A stretch of 64,000 nucleotides of DNA from an uncultured Thermoplasmatales archaeon (GCA_964467345.1 CAYXPY010000007.1:11868-75867); one strand, 5' to 3'; positions 7,414 through 17,243 are shown, counted from the stretch's first letter. The notes: generated from the letters alone by a model not told the origin. Numbers and translations: made by a program.

Positions 7414-9768
7414 TTAGGCGACGTTTACAAAAAACGGGCCTATCAACAGAGCGGTTGCGGTTTTTTCCAGTTCACCGACCGTGACAAGGATCTCCACCGA
7501 TCCAAGACCAAACACAAAACCGGTTTTGGCCTTCGGGGCAAACCCAGGCATGATCTTCTCAAACGAACCAGATGAATACCGGCCAAGAAGAATCAGGTTC
7601 CCCTGGATGGCAATCGACCAGTTCACATTCGTTGCAGCCCCAGCCCCCGTGTTCTTAATCGCTGCCGTGACACTCCCAACACCAGCGGAAATCTCCCCAA
7701 TCTCGATGCAGGGAAGCGCATCGATGTGGATGGAGGTTTCCTCGGACCAATCGCTTTCCAGGTCATCCGTGTCCTTTGCCTTGACCTTGATACTGTAGTC
7801 ACCTATGATCGTCCAGCTATGGTTCAAAACAACAGATTCACCAGAATCAAACGGACCAAGCCACCCAGTCATCTCATCACCCCAATAAACCATGTAATAC
7901 ACATCATTGTTCTGCGGGTCTGTCGTCAGGAACGTAAACGAATACTCAATCCCGATCTCTCCTGCGGTTGGCCCTAAAGGTTTATCAGGTATATCTGGCG
8001 GCGTGTTGATGTTCGTCTCCCCATTCCAGAGCTTCACGGATGAGTCACCAAGCACATTATACGCCTCAAAATAGTATTTTGTCAGACCTGACCCACCGTA
8101 ATATTCATAGAGATAGAACAGACCCTTATTGGTCATACCACCGATCATCTCAAGGTTATCCTCCCACCAGGCTTTAAACATCCGTTTCTCTAAGATATCA
8201 TCCTCATCCCAATAGGTCGAGGCAGACGCACCCCAGAACGCTATTGCCCCTTTGTTTTCAACCCGAAGCCATGTTTCACCAAAACATTCACCTTGGTTAA
8301 AGGGGTTTGTCGAACAGGCATGGCTACACACAAACGGATACATATAATAATTCTGAAGATTCTGCACATTACTTTGATCGAACGGAACACAGCCCCATCC
8401 TCCAGAGTACCCATGTCCCGAATAAACACACAGGCTTCGTCCATCGTTCAAAGCGTTTGTGACATCTGAAGTGCTTCCGCCCTGCGATTGATAAATCTTA
8501 TCACAGGTGTAGTTGTTTGGCGCAAGGTAGGTGTCAATCACATAGTTATGGGTATCCTCTGCCATCCCCCCTGCATCACTTGAGGCGAGAAACGCTGCTT
8601 TCTTTATCCAGGACTCGTCTGGGAACACACCAACCTCATAATAGATGGTTTTATCGACCATGATGGTCACATGCTCAGCGGTAGCGGCGGGAAAACGACT
8701 CACTATGAGATCAGCAAAATAATTCCCTTGATCAATCGTAGCATAATACAAATCAGTACACGAACTACTTTGCGTACCAGTCCACGTGGGAATCTGAGCA
8801 ACATCACCGACTAACAAGACATACACCGGAGGCGTCGTCCAGTTATTGAACGCATCAGCGATATAGCTTTTGATCATTTCTTTTGTGACACCACCCGGGA
8901 TCTCAGAGGTTGTCGTCACCGTGGTCTCAAAACCCAGGGAGTCTTTCCAGTCAGCAAACGGAGCAATCGCATCGACAAATGAATCATGAACAATAATTAG
9001 ATATCCTTCTTTCCGCGGTCCATTTCCCGTCGTCCCTTCCAACGCACCATAGTTGACAAACGAGGTGCGGAACAGTTGTTCAAACGAGGAAGTTGTATAC
9101 CGGTCAATCCTCTCAGCAGTCTTCACCAGATCGCTCCCCGGAAGCTCGATACGGATATCACAGCTGGTCATAATGCGTAATTTTCCAGTAGAAGGATTAT
9201 ACTGCACGGGAAATATACTCAGAAACGCGATGTTACGTCCTCGCAGTTCCCCAAGAGCACTGACCGTAGCGACATTCGAAGGCACAAACGAGTCCTGCGC
9301 ATAGAGGCTGTCATCAATAGTAAACGGTACCGTCGCACCCTCTATTTTTACCAAAGATTCCTGAACAGGGATCACCCATGAGGGAAGATGCAACGCGTCA
9401 AGTGATGTCGTCTCCCAGGTCACCGATTCAACAACAAACGCAGGAACCGCGCCCTGAGGAATTTCCAGAAACCGGGAAATCACCGGTAGCTGAGGCTGAC
9501 CAACAACTGTGGAAACCCCCTCGCCAGGTATTTCCACTGTTGCATAATTCTGCCCAGCAAGAATGCGTTGACCGAACGTTAACGGAGACGGTGTGATACT
9601 CACGGTGATATAAGGCTGGTCGGTATAATGAAACGTCGATGTGATACCATTTGAGTTCATAGAAAACGACTCACTCGTTGGATGAACTGCACTAACCCCT
9701 GCCGAGAAGAGAAGTATCAGTGCAACAGCTGCCTGAATAACCATTTTTTTCTTAGTACTAAGCTTCAT
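7414..9768 (-). CDS. Secreted peptidase C25 (gingipain-like) with C-terminal PKD domain plus CARDB-like beta-sandwich module
   Basis: Signal peptide MKLSTKKKMVIQAAVALILLFSAGVSA. YLIIVHDSFVDAIAPFADWK...LLVGD core. His/Cys dyad context VYSGHGYSGGWG and FVCSHACSTNPF. PKD signature YYMVYWGDEMTGWLGPFDSG...GDYSIKVKAKD. C-terminal ~100 aa (NTGAGAATNVNWSIAIQG...KTGFVFGLGSV) is homologous to the C-terminus of the adjacent M14 protein. Confidence 0.7.
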   Translation of the reverse strand: MKLSTKKKMVIQAAVALILLFSAGVSAVHPTSESFSMNSNGITSTFHYTDQPYITVSITPSPLTFGQRILAGQNYATVEIPGEGVSTVVGQPQLPVISRFLEIPQGAVPAFVVESVTWETTSLDALHLPSWVIPVQESLVKIEGATVPFTIDDSLYAQDSFVPSNVATVSALGELRGRNIAFLSIFPVQYNPSTGKLRIMTSCDIRIELPGSDLVKTAERIDRYTTSSFEQLFRTSFVNYGALEGTTGNGPRKEGYLIIVHDSFVDAIAPFADWKDSLGFETTVTTTSEIPGGVTKEMIKSYIADAFNNWTTPPVYVLLVGDVAQIPTWTGTQSSSCTDLYYATIDQGNYFADLIVSRFPAATAEHVTIMVDKTIYYEVGVFPDESWIKKAAFLASSDAGGMAEDTHNYVIDTYLAPNNYTCDKIYQSQGGSTSDVTNALNDGRSLCVYSGHGYSGGWGCVPFDQSNVQNLQNYYMYPFVCSHACSTNPFNQGECFGETWLRVENKGAIAFWGASASTYWDEDDILEKRMFKAWWEDNLEMIGGMTNKGLFYLYEYYGGSGLTKYYFEAYNVLGDSSVKLWNGETNINTPPDIPDKPLGPTAGEIGIEYSFTFLTTDPQNNDVYYMVYWGDEMTGWLGPFDSGESVVLNHSWTIIGDYSIKVKAKDTDDLESDWSEETSIHIDALPCIEIGEISAGVGSVTAAIKNTGAGAATNVNWSIAIQGNLILLGRYSSGSFEKIMPGFAPKAKTGFVFGLGSVEILVTVGELEKTATALLIGPFFVNVA

Positions 9769-9976
9769 TCTTCATATCCCCTATTAATTCTATTTATTCT
9801 CTATTTAACACTAACAAAATTCATATTTATATAGATATCGACTAGATGAAAACCTTCTTCTCCACCAAGAAGTCTAGGATTTCTCTCATCATGCTCTTCT
9901 CTCTTATACATACTCTCCTGTCATACGTTCTTTATTACAAGATAACCATCACATGTTTTGAGAAGGGAAAAACTTG

Positions 9977-12343
9977 CTAGGATCGGAGGAATACCAAGGG
10001 TCCCAGAAGAAACCCGGAAACAGATTTCTCAGCGACATCTGCTGTAACAAGAACCGTCACTGACCCGACGCCGAAGACAAAACCGGTTTTTATCTGGGGG
10101 CTGAACCCAGGGACGATCTTGAGTATCGTTCCCGTAGTCTCCCTTCCAAGGAGAACCACGCCACCCTGAAGAGAAATCGACCAGTTCACATCCACAGCAT
10201 CCCCAGCACCGGTGTTTGCCACCCTCGCGGTGATACCAAAACCACCGGTTATCTCAGCAATCTCTACACAGGGGGAATCTGTGATGTGAACGGTGATAGG
10301 ATCGGACCAGCCGCTTTCAATACCCGCACTGTCCTTTGCTTTCACCTTCACGGTATAGTCACCAGAGGCAGACCATTGATGTACGGCTTCTGCAGAGGCA
10401 TCAGAGTCAAACGGACCAAGCCAGTCGCTTATGCTATCACCCCAGGACCAGAGATAGTAGACCTGCTGACCCTCAGGATCGGTTGTACTAGTAATATATG
10501 AATAGTTGATAGCAGTCCCACCGGTGGTCGGACCAACAGGTTGATCAGGGTTATCCGGAGGTTGATTTGCGTTTGCTGCAGCAAGGTTCTGGACGGCATC
10601 GATATCAACAGCAGGGTTCAACTCACTGGGATTACCAGTGCCATCATCAACGATTTTTACGTAGCGGGCTGACTCCACCGAGCCAGCAGCAAGATCAAAC
10701 TCAGAAGTCCCCATCCCAGTTCCAAGCAACACCCAGGGGCCTTCCCAATCACTTGAGACATACACGGAATAGCCGTCCTCTGTTGTGTCCCCCTCGAAGA
10801 TCTTCAGGTCGTTCGCATCAGGGAAATTTGTGATCTGGTCAGCCATATCCACGATAATATATCCACCGACACCAAGCGATGCGCAGACGTCATCAGGAGG
10901 CCCGAGACAGGCGATACCCTCGGTGGGGTTCGTCTGATAATTATCGGAGGGAGCATAGTACGCGCAAGTCGTGACTTGGTATGCAAAATATTGGTTACTG
11001 GGGGTGAGTGCGACATTTAACACCGTTGGTTCTCCTTCATCGACATCAACGGTGTATGTTTTTTCCTGATACCCATTTGCTCGATAGTGGACGGTATACG
11101 TCCCAGGGAGCAGGATGCGATGATAGTCCCCAACCAAAGGATCTGTGAAACAAGGCCAGAACACCTCATCAACCCAGACGGTCGCAGCAATCGGCTGTCC
11201 GTTGTTCGCATTGGTCACCACACCGGTCAAGCCCATATCCGCTGCAGTGATGATATCCATCATCCCCTCACGATTCAGATCCCATGCTTGAGGGATGTTG
11301 GAAGTCTGCACTTCGATGGTCCAGTCGATGTCACCACGACACCCGTAACTAAAATCATTGCAATCCCCGAGGGTCTGATACCAGTCGTACCCCTCAACCA
11401 CCCAATACCCATTATGGGATGCGTACATCTCTGACAAATAGACGACGGCGTCATCGTCAGGGACACGTTGGTGTTTATAATTCCACACGTAGTTTACGAT
11501 GTTCCCGGAGCAGTGATACGACAGCGATAGCACAAAGTTATTTTCCAGTGCATTCTTGCGTATCGCTCGTGTCTCAGGCTCAGAATACGGGGTAGCGCTC
11601 TCCGGCATGTACCCATAATTTCTATTGAGATCAACCCCATGGGCATTGTATCGAGTACCTGCTTCACGTCCATCAGGATTCATCATTGGGATTATCCAAA
11701 TCTCTCTGTTGTCTACGAGGTTTGTAATCGTCGGATCAACACTATAGTTCTGGGTGAGATGAAACGCCAGATTCAGCGGAAGTTCCGCAGACATGTATTC
11801 ATTCCCATGATGAAGACCCATAATCCGAACCTCTGGTTCGTTCTCCTCGACATCCGGATTATCTGTAATCTGTAAACCCCAGATGCTCCTGCCTTGCACG
11901 CTTTTCCCAAGCTCGTGTAATCGTGCAATCTCCGGGTAGTCTGCCGCGATGTTTTGAAGTTCTGTGGTCATCTGCGCATAGTTGTGGAAATCACGAGCAA
12001 ACAAGGGAGAGAATAACCACCCGCGCTCCATTGCAATCTCATCAGGGACCAGCTTTGGAGAGAGATTCATAACCGTAAGCCAGTGATACTCCTCTGGTGA
12101 GATAAGGACAACAACAGATGTTCTAGTTTGGTCAATCTCAAGAATGGTCATTCGTTTCTGAAGTATCTGATCAAGCACGTATGAATCCGACAGCGGAACA
12201 GAGACGACAAGAGTCTCAACCGAGTATTGTGTGATGGTCTGTGCCGTGAGAAATCCCCCCAGCATCAGGGTGATGCAGAGGGTGAAAAAAACACAAAAGC
12301 TATAGGCTTTTCCAATTGTTTTCATTCGATGATTCATCTTCAA
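9977..12343 (-). CDS. Secreted zinc carboxypeptidase, peptidase family M14, with C-terminal PKD plus CARDB-like module
   Basis: M14 hallmarks YHNYAQMTTELQNIAADYPEIARLHELGKSVQGRSIWGLQIT, HHGNEYMS (HxxE zinc site), NPDGREAGTRYNAHGVDLNRNY, SYHCSG, DWTIEV. PKD segment YYLWSWGDSISDWLGPFDS...GDYTVKVKAKD. C-terminal ~100 aa parallels the 7414 protein. N-terminal hydrophobic segment. Confidence 0.85.
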   Translation of the reverse strand: MKMNHRMKTIGKAYSFCVFFTLCITLMLGGFLTAQTITQYSVETLVVSVPLSDSYVLDQILQKRMTILEIDQTRTSVVVLISPEEYHWLTVMNLSPKLVPDEIAMERGWLFSPLFARDFHNYAQMTTELQNIAADYPEIARLHELGKSVQGRSIWGLQITDNPDVEENEPEVRIMGLHHGNEYMSAELPLNLAFHLTQNYSVDPTITNLVDNREIWIIPMMNPDGREAGTRYNAHGVDLNRNYGYMPESATPYSEPETRAIRKNALENNFVLSLSYHCSGNIVNYVWNYKHQRVPDDDAVVYLSEMYASHNGYWVVEGYDWYQTLGDCNDFSYGCRGDIDWTIEVQTSNIPQAWDLNREGMMDIITAADMGLTGVVTNANNGQPIAATVWVDEVFWPCFTDPLVGDYHRILLPGTYTVHYRANGYQEKTYTVDVDEGEPTVLNVALTPSNQYFAYQVTTCAYYAPSDNYQTNPTEGIACLGPPDDVCASLGVGGYIIVDMADQITNFPDANDLKIFEGDTTEDGYSVYVSSDWEGPWVLLGTGMGTSEFDLAAGSVESARYVKIVDDGTGNPSELNPAVDIDAVQNLAAANANQPPDNPDQPVGPTTGGTAINYSYITSTTDPEGQQVYYLWSWGDSISDWLGPFDSDASAEAVHQWSASGDYTVKVKAKDSAGIESGWSDPITVHITDSPCVEIAEITGGFGITARVANTGAGDAVDVNWSISLQGGVVLLGRETTGTILKIVPGFSPQIKTGFVFGVGSVTVLVTADVAEKSVSGFLLGPLVFLRS

Positions 12344-12603
12344 TTATCCCCCATGTCGTCTATGGAAACATACTTCTTAAACATTGTCGTTGTGAAACCA
12401 CAAGAAGAAAGGCTCGCAATCCCTCTGCTTTCTTCTTAGGTCACTACTTGGCAATCAACCCTGCATGAAACAGAGTAGGATCCATCGTAGGATGCATCTA
12501 TTATACTATTTAATAGTATGTTCTTATATAAATAAGGTTCGGCGTTTTTTCGTCTTTATGCAAAAAAAATTAGGTGAAAGTAATATTAGAAAAGGGTATG
12601 AGA

Positions 12604-12620
12604 GAGAAAAAAAAAAAATC
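12604..12620 (-). terminator. Oligo-T tract after the response-regulator gene stop
   Basis: Plus-strand a12 run (T12 on the minus strand) starting 9 nt downstream of the minus-strand TGA at 12627..12629. Confidence 0.35.
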
Positions 12621-12626
12621 AATGTA

Positions 12627-13019
12627 TCATGATTGGTGTGTATTGAGGATTCGAACAATACAATCCTTGAGTTTCATAATATCAAAAGGTTTTACGATAT
12701 AATCCTCTGAACCGAGACGTCCGATACCCATGCTCATCTCATCGCCTTTCGCTGTGAGAAAGACAATTGGGACCGACCGCCAACGGTCATTTTCTTTAAT
12801 ACGTGCTGCGACATCCCAGCCGCTCATTTGTGGCATCATTATATCTAATAGGATAAGATCTGGGATCTGGTTTTGCTGTAACATCTTGAGGCATTTCTCC
12901 CCGCTGTCCACCCCGATAACTTGATATTGTCCGGTTGAATCTTCTAAGACTTGTTTGACGGAGATGAGGATATCGGGATAGTCATCAACCACGAGAATTA
13001 TTTTTGGCATCCACCCCAA
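12627..13019 (-). CDS. Single-domain response regulator (CheY-like receiver)
   Basis: KIILVVDDYPDIL...DLILLDIMMPQMSGWDV...VPIVFLTAKGD...YIVKPF receiver signature with phospho-acceptor Asp context. About 60% identical to the 46888..47289 paralog. True start may be the internal MPKIIL. Confidence 0.85.
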   Translation of the reverse strand: MGWMPKIILVVDDYPDILISVKQVLEDSTGQYQVIGVDSGEKCLKMLQQNQIPDLILLDIMMPQMSGWDVAARIKENDRWRSVPIVFLTAKGDEMSMGIGRLGSEDYIVKPFDIMKLKDCIVRILNTHQS

Positions 13020-13235
13020 TCAACCGATATTTAGTATATATATCTACTGCTGTTTTTTTGTCACGTGGTACTCATAGAAAAGTACTTTTTATTACAATTC
13101 ACTATTTCATTGATTTTTAATGAACAGTCATCACCTGAGTTTTTTATAAGTAAGGCATTTAAACAACTGAGATATTCTGTATAAAGAGATGGATGTCACT
13201 CGAATGCTGGTTACGTTGAGTGGCGATGGGATCAC

Positions 13236-14441
13236 ATGCTAAATACCGCTGATGTTACAAAAAAGTTTATTGAGACGATAATCGAAATCATTGGGAGGAA
13301 AACATCAGAAGAATACGCAGCGATAACGATACGTAACATACTCGAAAAACTCCAACGCACCTATCCTTTCTTAACAGAAATCGAAGTGAAAAATTCTCGG
13401 TCCGTCGAAATGGAAGAAAAAGTCACAGCCCACGAGGGACTCAACGACATTGCTCCAAAAAAGGTGGGAGTGGCTTTAAAGCATCTTATCACAATAATAA
13501 TGAACTCCCTTGGAAAAACCGCTGGTTATTTCTTTATCAGAGAGGCACGGGAAAAGATAGGCGTCGAATATGAACTGATTCTGCTCAAGACAATGGATGT
13601 TGATCTGACGCTTTTGCAGTCTACCTATATTATTGAAAAAAAATCTGTCGATCTTCTTGAGATTCACACCTCTGATGTGCTCCGACGTTTTTTACGGGCG
13701 TTCCTCGATGCATTGGAAAAACAAACATCAAAAACTTTTGCCATAACATTTCTCATTAAACAACTATCCCAACTGCAACAGGACTATCCATTTCTTACCG
13801 CTGTCTCCATTCAAAACATACGTTATACGCTCGGATCAGAGGAAATTGGGGTACAACCTCAGATAGATACTATTGACCCAAAGGAAGTAGGAAAAGCGAT
13901 TAATTCGATTCTCCAGCAGACCGATAAAGAACTCATAGAACTTGGTCGTAATTCCATCGCAGGTGACCTCAAATCACATCTCACCATGGAGTATATCTCA
14001 AAATTGGGAGATATGGAGGTAACCATAACCCCATACAGCATTGGGTATAGCGCGATATTCATTCAGGTGATAAAGACATTAATCGACGTTATCAGCAAGA
14101 CAAGTAACGAGAACTATGCGATTATTGCGGTGAATTCGTTTCTAAGAAAGGGTGACAGCAAGTTTGAATTCTTAAAGGACGTCAATGTTCAACCACCTGA
14201 TAATAAAGAGGGAATGTACCATATCACGATACCTCAGAGGATTGATTCTATTACGGAAACTGACGCCCGACGTGTTATCCAGCAGCTTCTCTCGATTGCT
14301 TTGGAGTCATCTGGGGAAAAAACAAACGGTGAATTTATCCAACAATTCAAAGGTGCTCTAGAGAAAAAATATCTTTTAAAACTAGAGGAGATGGGCGTCA
14401 ATTTTCATATGATCGAATTACATAAAGCGATGTCGATGTAA
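13236..14441 (+). CDS. Hypothetical protein built from three tandem copies of an unrecognised ~110-130-aa domain (same domain occurs once in the 27391 protein)
   Basis: Three internal repeats sharing [GS][RK][KQ]TS..YA[IV]...L...YPFL..[IV].[IV]...P.[KE]VG.A[IL]...G..AG.FFI.E.R.K.G...MGVDL.L.Q. Examples: GKTAGYFFIREAREKIG...TMDVDLTLLQ and 27391 protein GENAGHFFIKEIRNKLG...DMGVDLGLMQ. No membrane segments. Confidence 0.55.
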   Translation: MLNTADVTKKFIETIIEIIGRKTSEEYAAITIRNILEKLQRTYPFLTEIEVKNSRSVEMEEKVTAHEGLNDIAPKKVGVALKHLITIIMNSLGKTAGYFFIREAREKIGVEYELILLKTMDVDLTLLQSTYIIEKKSVDLLEIHTSDVLRRFLRAFLDALEKQTSKTFAITFLIKQLSQLQQDYPFLTAVSIQNIRYTLGSEEIGVQPQIDTIDPKEVGKAINSILQQTDKELIELGRNSIAGDLKSHLTMEYISKLGDMEVTITPYSIGYSAIFIQVIKTLIDVISKTSNENYAIIAVNSFLRKGDSKFEFLKDVNVQPPDNKEGMYHITIPQRIDSITETDARRVIQQLLSIALESSGEKTNGEFIQQFKGALEKKYLLKLEEMGVNFHMIELHKAMSM

Positions 14442-14560
14442 AAAGATAAACTAAATACGTAATATGATAGATTATATCATATTTGATATAAAAAATATCA
14501 TTCAAGCATGAAAAATAGTATACAAAATCGAAAGGAGAGACCATAAAAAAGGAAGCGCCC

Positions 14561-15982
14561 ATGAAAGAACCGCTCGACCTAAAAAAATTTTTCTTAAGTA
14601 GAATAAATGTGAAACTTACATTACTGTTCCTATTAGTGGGCTTGGTCGCCCCGGGAATTGGAATCGGATATTTCTATCTTATCGCAAACTCATTCCTGAT
14701 AGAAAATTCTCAATTTTTTAGTCAGCAACAAATGCTCTTAGACGCTGCAGCACTTCTCATCATCGTTCTTATCGCTGTCAATACCATGCTTATTGGATTT
14801 CTGATTTCACGTTCATTTTCTAAACCAATCCGAGATCTTTACCACGCTGCTTTAGAGTTAGAAAAAGGGAATTTTACCGTCAGGACCAACATACAGACAA
14901 ATGATGAGCTTGCGCAGCTCAGTGAAGCATTTAACAGAAGCGCGTTTGCGTTAAGTAAAATGGAGGAGGAACGTCTCAATCTTGACCGGTCGAAATCAGA
15001 ATTCCTCAGCATCACTTCCCATGAACTACGCACCCCAATCACACCCCTAAAAGCGCAACTACAGATGCTGCAGCAGGAGTATTTTGGCAAGCTGACAGAC
15101 AAACAAAAACAAAGTGTCGATGTTATCCTGCGCAATGCGGAACGACTCAATAAAATCATCGAGGATTTCCTTGAAATCTCCCGTATCGAAGCAGCACGGT
15201 TGAAATTTGTTTTTAAAAAGACAAATCTCTCAGATATTATCACAGAGACCGCCGAATTTATGAAAGGATTTGCTAAGGAGAAAAATATCACTCTTGTTAC
15301 AAAATGTGGTCAACTTCCCACCATTGAAATCGACCCTGACCGAATCAGCCAGGTCCTTCGGAACCTTGTACATAACGCAATCAAATTCTCACCAAAAGAC
15401 AGCACCATAGAAATCGATGCCCAGATGCAAAACCATCATGTTCGCTTCAGCGTCAAAGACAGAGGAGTTGGGTTGAACGCTGATGACCAGATCCGAGTCT
15501 TTGAACCATTCTATCAAGTGCAAGGGTCCCTTAGCCGAAACTATGGGGGGACCGGATTAGGTTTAACGATCTGTAGAGGGATCATCGAAGCCCAAAAAGG
15601 AAAAATATGGGTCGAAAGTAAACCGGGGGTAGGCAGCACGTTCTATTTCACCGTGCCCATTACACCTGTGTATGAAATAGAACCAATCAAAGTCCTCTTC
15701 TCACAGAAAAGCGAAATTGAAAAGAAAATAAAAAAAGAACTCATGAACACGCTTGGACCCATGGGCGAGGCTGAGTTCAACGACCTGAAAAACAAACATT
15801 CCCTGAATAAGGAGGACCTTGTCGGGTATGTTCTCTTGCTAGAAAAACAACGTATCTTGCGCCATTCACACGCAGAAGAGCTAAAACGAAACATCGGGAA
15901 TATTTTTGGTGAAGAAAACCGAAAAGAAGAAAACAAACCACAAGATAAAGAAATAAAAGGAGAACTCCAGGTGAAACAATGA
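14561..15982 (+). CDS. Membrane sensor histidine kinase (2 TM, HAMP-like linker, HisKA, HATPase_c) with K/E-rich C-terminal extension
   Basis: Two N-terminal hydrophobic helices. H-box SHELRTPITPLKAQLQML. N/G boxes HNAIKFSP...DRGVGL...GGTGLGLTICRGIIEAQKGKIWVES. ATGA overlap with the downstream PAS gene. Confidence 0.85.
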   Translation: MKEPLDLKKFFLSRINVKLTLLFLLVGLVAPGIGIGYFYLIANSFLIENSQFFSQQQMLLDAAALLIIVLIAVNTMLIGFLISRSFSKPIRDLYHAALELEKGNFTVRTNIQTNDELAQLSEAFNRSAFALSKMEEERLNLDRSKSEFLSITSHELRTPITPLKAQLQMLQQEYFGKLTDKQKQSVDVILRNAERLNKIIEDFLEISRIEAARLKFVFKKTNLSDIITETAEFMKGFAKEKNITLVTKCGQLPTIEIDPDRISQVLRNLVHNAIKFSPKDSTIEIDAQMQNHHVRFSVKDRGVGLNADDQIRVFEPFYQVQGSLSRNYGGTGLGLTICRGIIEAQKGKIWVESKPGVGSTFYFTVPITPVYEIEPIKVLFSQKSEIEKKIKKELMNTLGPMGEAEFNDLKNKHSLNKEDLVGYVLLLEKQRILRHSHAEELKRNIGNIFGEENRKEENKPQDKEIKGELQVKQ

Positions 15983-17142
15983 GATTACGATGGTTAGTAA
16001 CCATTATGTGCCTTGTCATATCCCTAATACCCGTGGCAATGATCAGTGGGCTACAAGGTCTAGAAATTGCTACCTTATTTCTTGGATTAATTCTTTTTAT
16101 CACGCTTGCCGTTGCGTTTGTCGTTTCGTATATAATCACCATACCACTAGAGAAACTCACAAGGAACATAGACGAGATAAGCAAAGGAAACCTCGAAGTC
16201 CAACTTGAGAAAAGCGAAATCTATGAAATAAATAATCTGACAGACTCCTTGGATCGTGTCATGGCAAGCCTCAAACTCGCAATCAATAAAGTCGGGGTGA
16301 AAAAAGAGGAAATCTTCATAGAAGCGGTAAAAGCAAAAGAAGAAGCAGAAGCAAAATATGAAATCCTGCTCAAAAAAATCGATGGATGGATCTGGGAAAT
16401 CGATAAAAATGGTATCTGCACAAAATGCTCATCAAAAATCACAAACACTCTTGGCTACTCACCAAAGCAGATGATCGGAAAGGACATATTCCGATTTTTA
16501 CCAGCAGAGGACGCCAACAAATTCAGAGACATAATCCATGTTCTATCAGAGCAAAAATCGGAGACATCAAATAAATTGGATTTATACTGGACGACCCAGG
16601 ACAACGCACACCCTGTATGGGTGCGCTCGTTTTGTATCCCTGTGTTTACTGCTGCGGGTGACTTCCAAGGCCTGCGTTGTTTTAGTAGGGATGCGACAGA
16701 ATATCATGTCGCTGAATCCAAAATAGCTGAACTGGAAAACAAATTAAGTGATGCCTATAAACAACTCCACGAATTTCTTCAGAAGCATCCGTATGAAAAA
16801 CAAACCATCAGCCCAGTCGTTGAGACGGTCCTACAACAGGACTTTGATTACATGATTCTCTTTGATGAAAACGCTAAGATTATCGATTGCACCGAAGACA
16901 TTCAGAAAAAACTAGGGTATAACAAACAGGAGATGCTCTCTCTTGCTTTTTCAGATGTTTTATATCTTGATTCTCACAAGGATTTCAAGACAAGTTTAGA
17001 GGAAATAAAAAAACAAGGGAACATCCAACTAAAAAACATCCATAAGAAAAAAGACGGATCTTCGATTTTTGTCAGCGAGCATATCAGATACCTCAAAGAT
17101 CGGAATTTGTTCATCTGCATGGTAAAACAGGATAGAATGTGA
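15979..17142 (+). CDS. Membrane-anchored PAS-domain protein without a kinase output (HAMP-like plus 2 PAS)
   Basis: N-terminal TM helices. Coiled linker. PAS-like blocks (DGWIWEIDKNGICTKCSSKITNTLGYSPKQMIGKDIF...). Start overlaps the HK stop (ATGA). Confidence 0.7.
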   Translation: MRLRWLVTIMCLVISLIPVAMISGLQGLEIATLFLGLILFITLAVAFVVSYIITIPLEKLTRNIDEISKGNLEVQLEKSEIYEINNLTDSLDRVMASLKLAINKVGVKKEEIFIEAVKAKEEAEAKYEILLKKIDGWIWEIDKNGICTKCSSKITNTLGYSPKQMIGKDIFRFLPAEDANKFRDIIHVLSEQKSETSNKLDLYWTTQDNAHPVWVRSFCIPVFTAAGDFQGLRCFSRDATEYHVAESKIAELENKLSDAYKQLHEFLQKHPYEKQTISPVVETVLQQDFDYMILFDENAKIIDCTEDIQKKLGYNKQEMLSLAFSDVLYLDSHKDFKTSLEEIKKQGNIQLKNIHKKKDGSSIFVSEHIRYLKDRNLFICMVKQDRM

Positions 17143-17243
17143 TAAAAAAACACAAGAAAATAGGGGAGAAATAAGAAGAAGGCCTCCTTCTTTAAACACC
17201 ATCAACTATTTATGTGGATTTCCTATCTCGGGTCTTGATTACC

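Noticed and set aside
12344-12626. Boundary of the GC-rich block inspected for integrase, tRNA target or direct repeats
   Set aside because: No recombinase gene, tRNA or flanking direct repeat found. The intergenic region is ordinary AT-rich spacer, so a mobile-element call is not supported from this window alone.
14839-16184. Minus-strand ORFs 14839..15291, 15643..15936 and 15777..16184 inside the histidine kinase/PAS genes
   Set aside because: Antisense to genes with unambiguous H-box/HATPase motifs. Compositionally biased (Ser/Phe/Leu).
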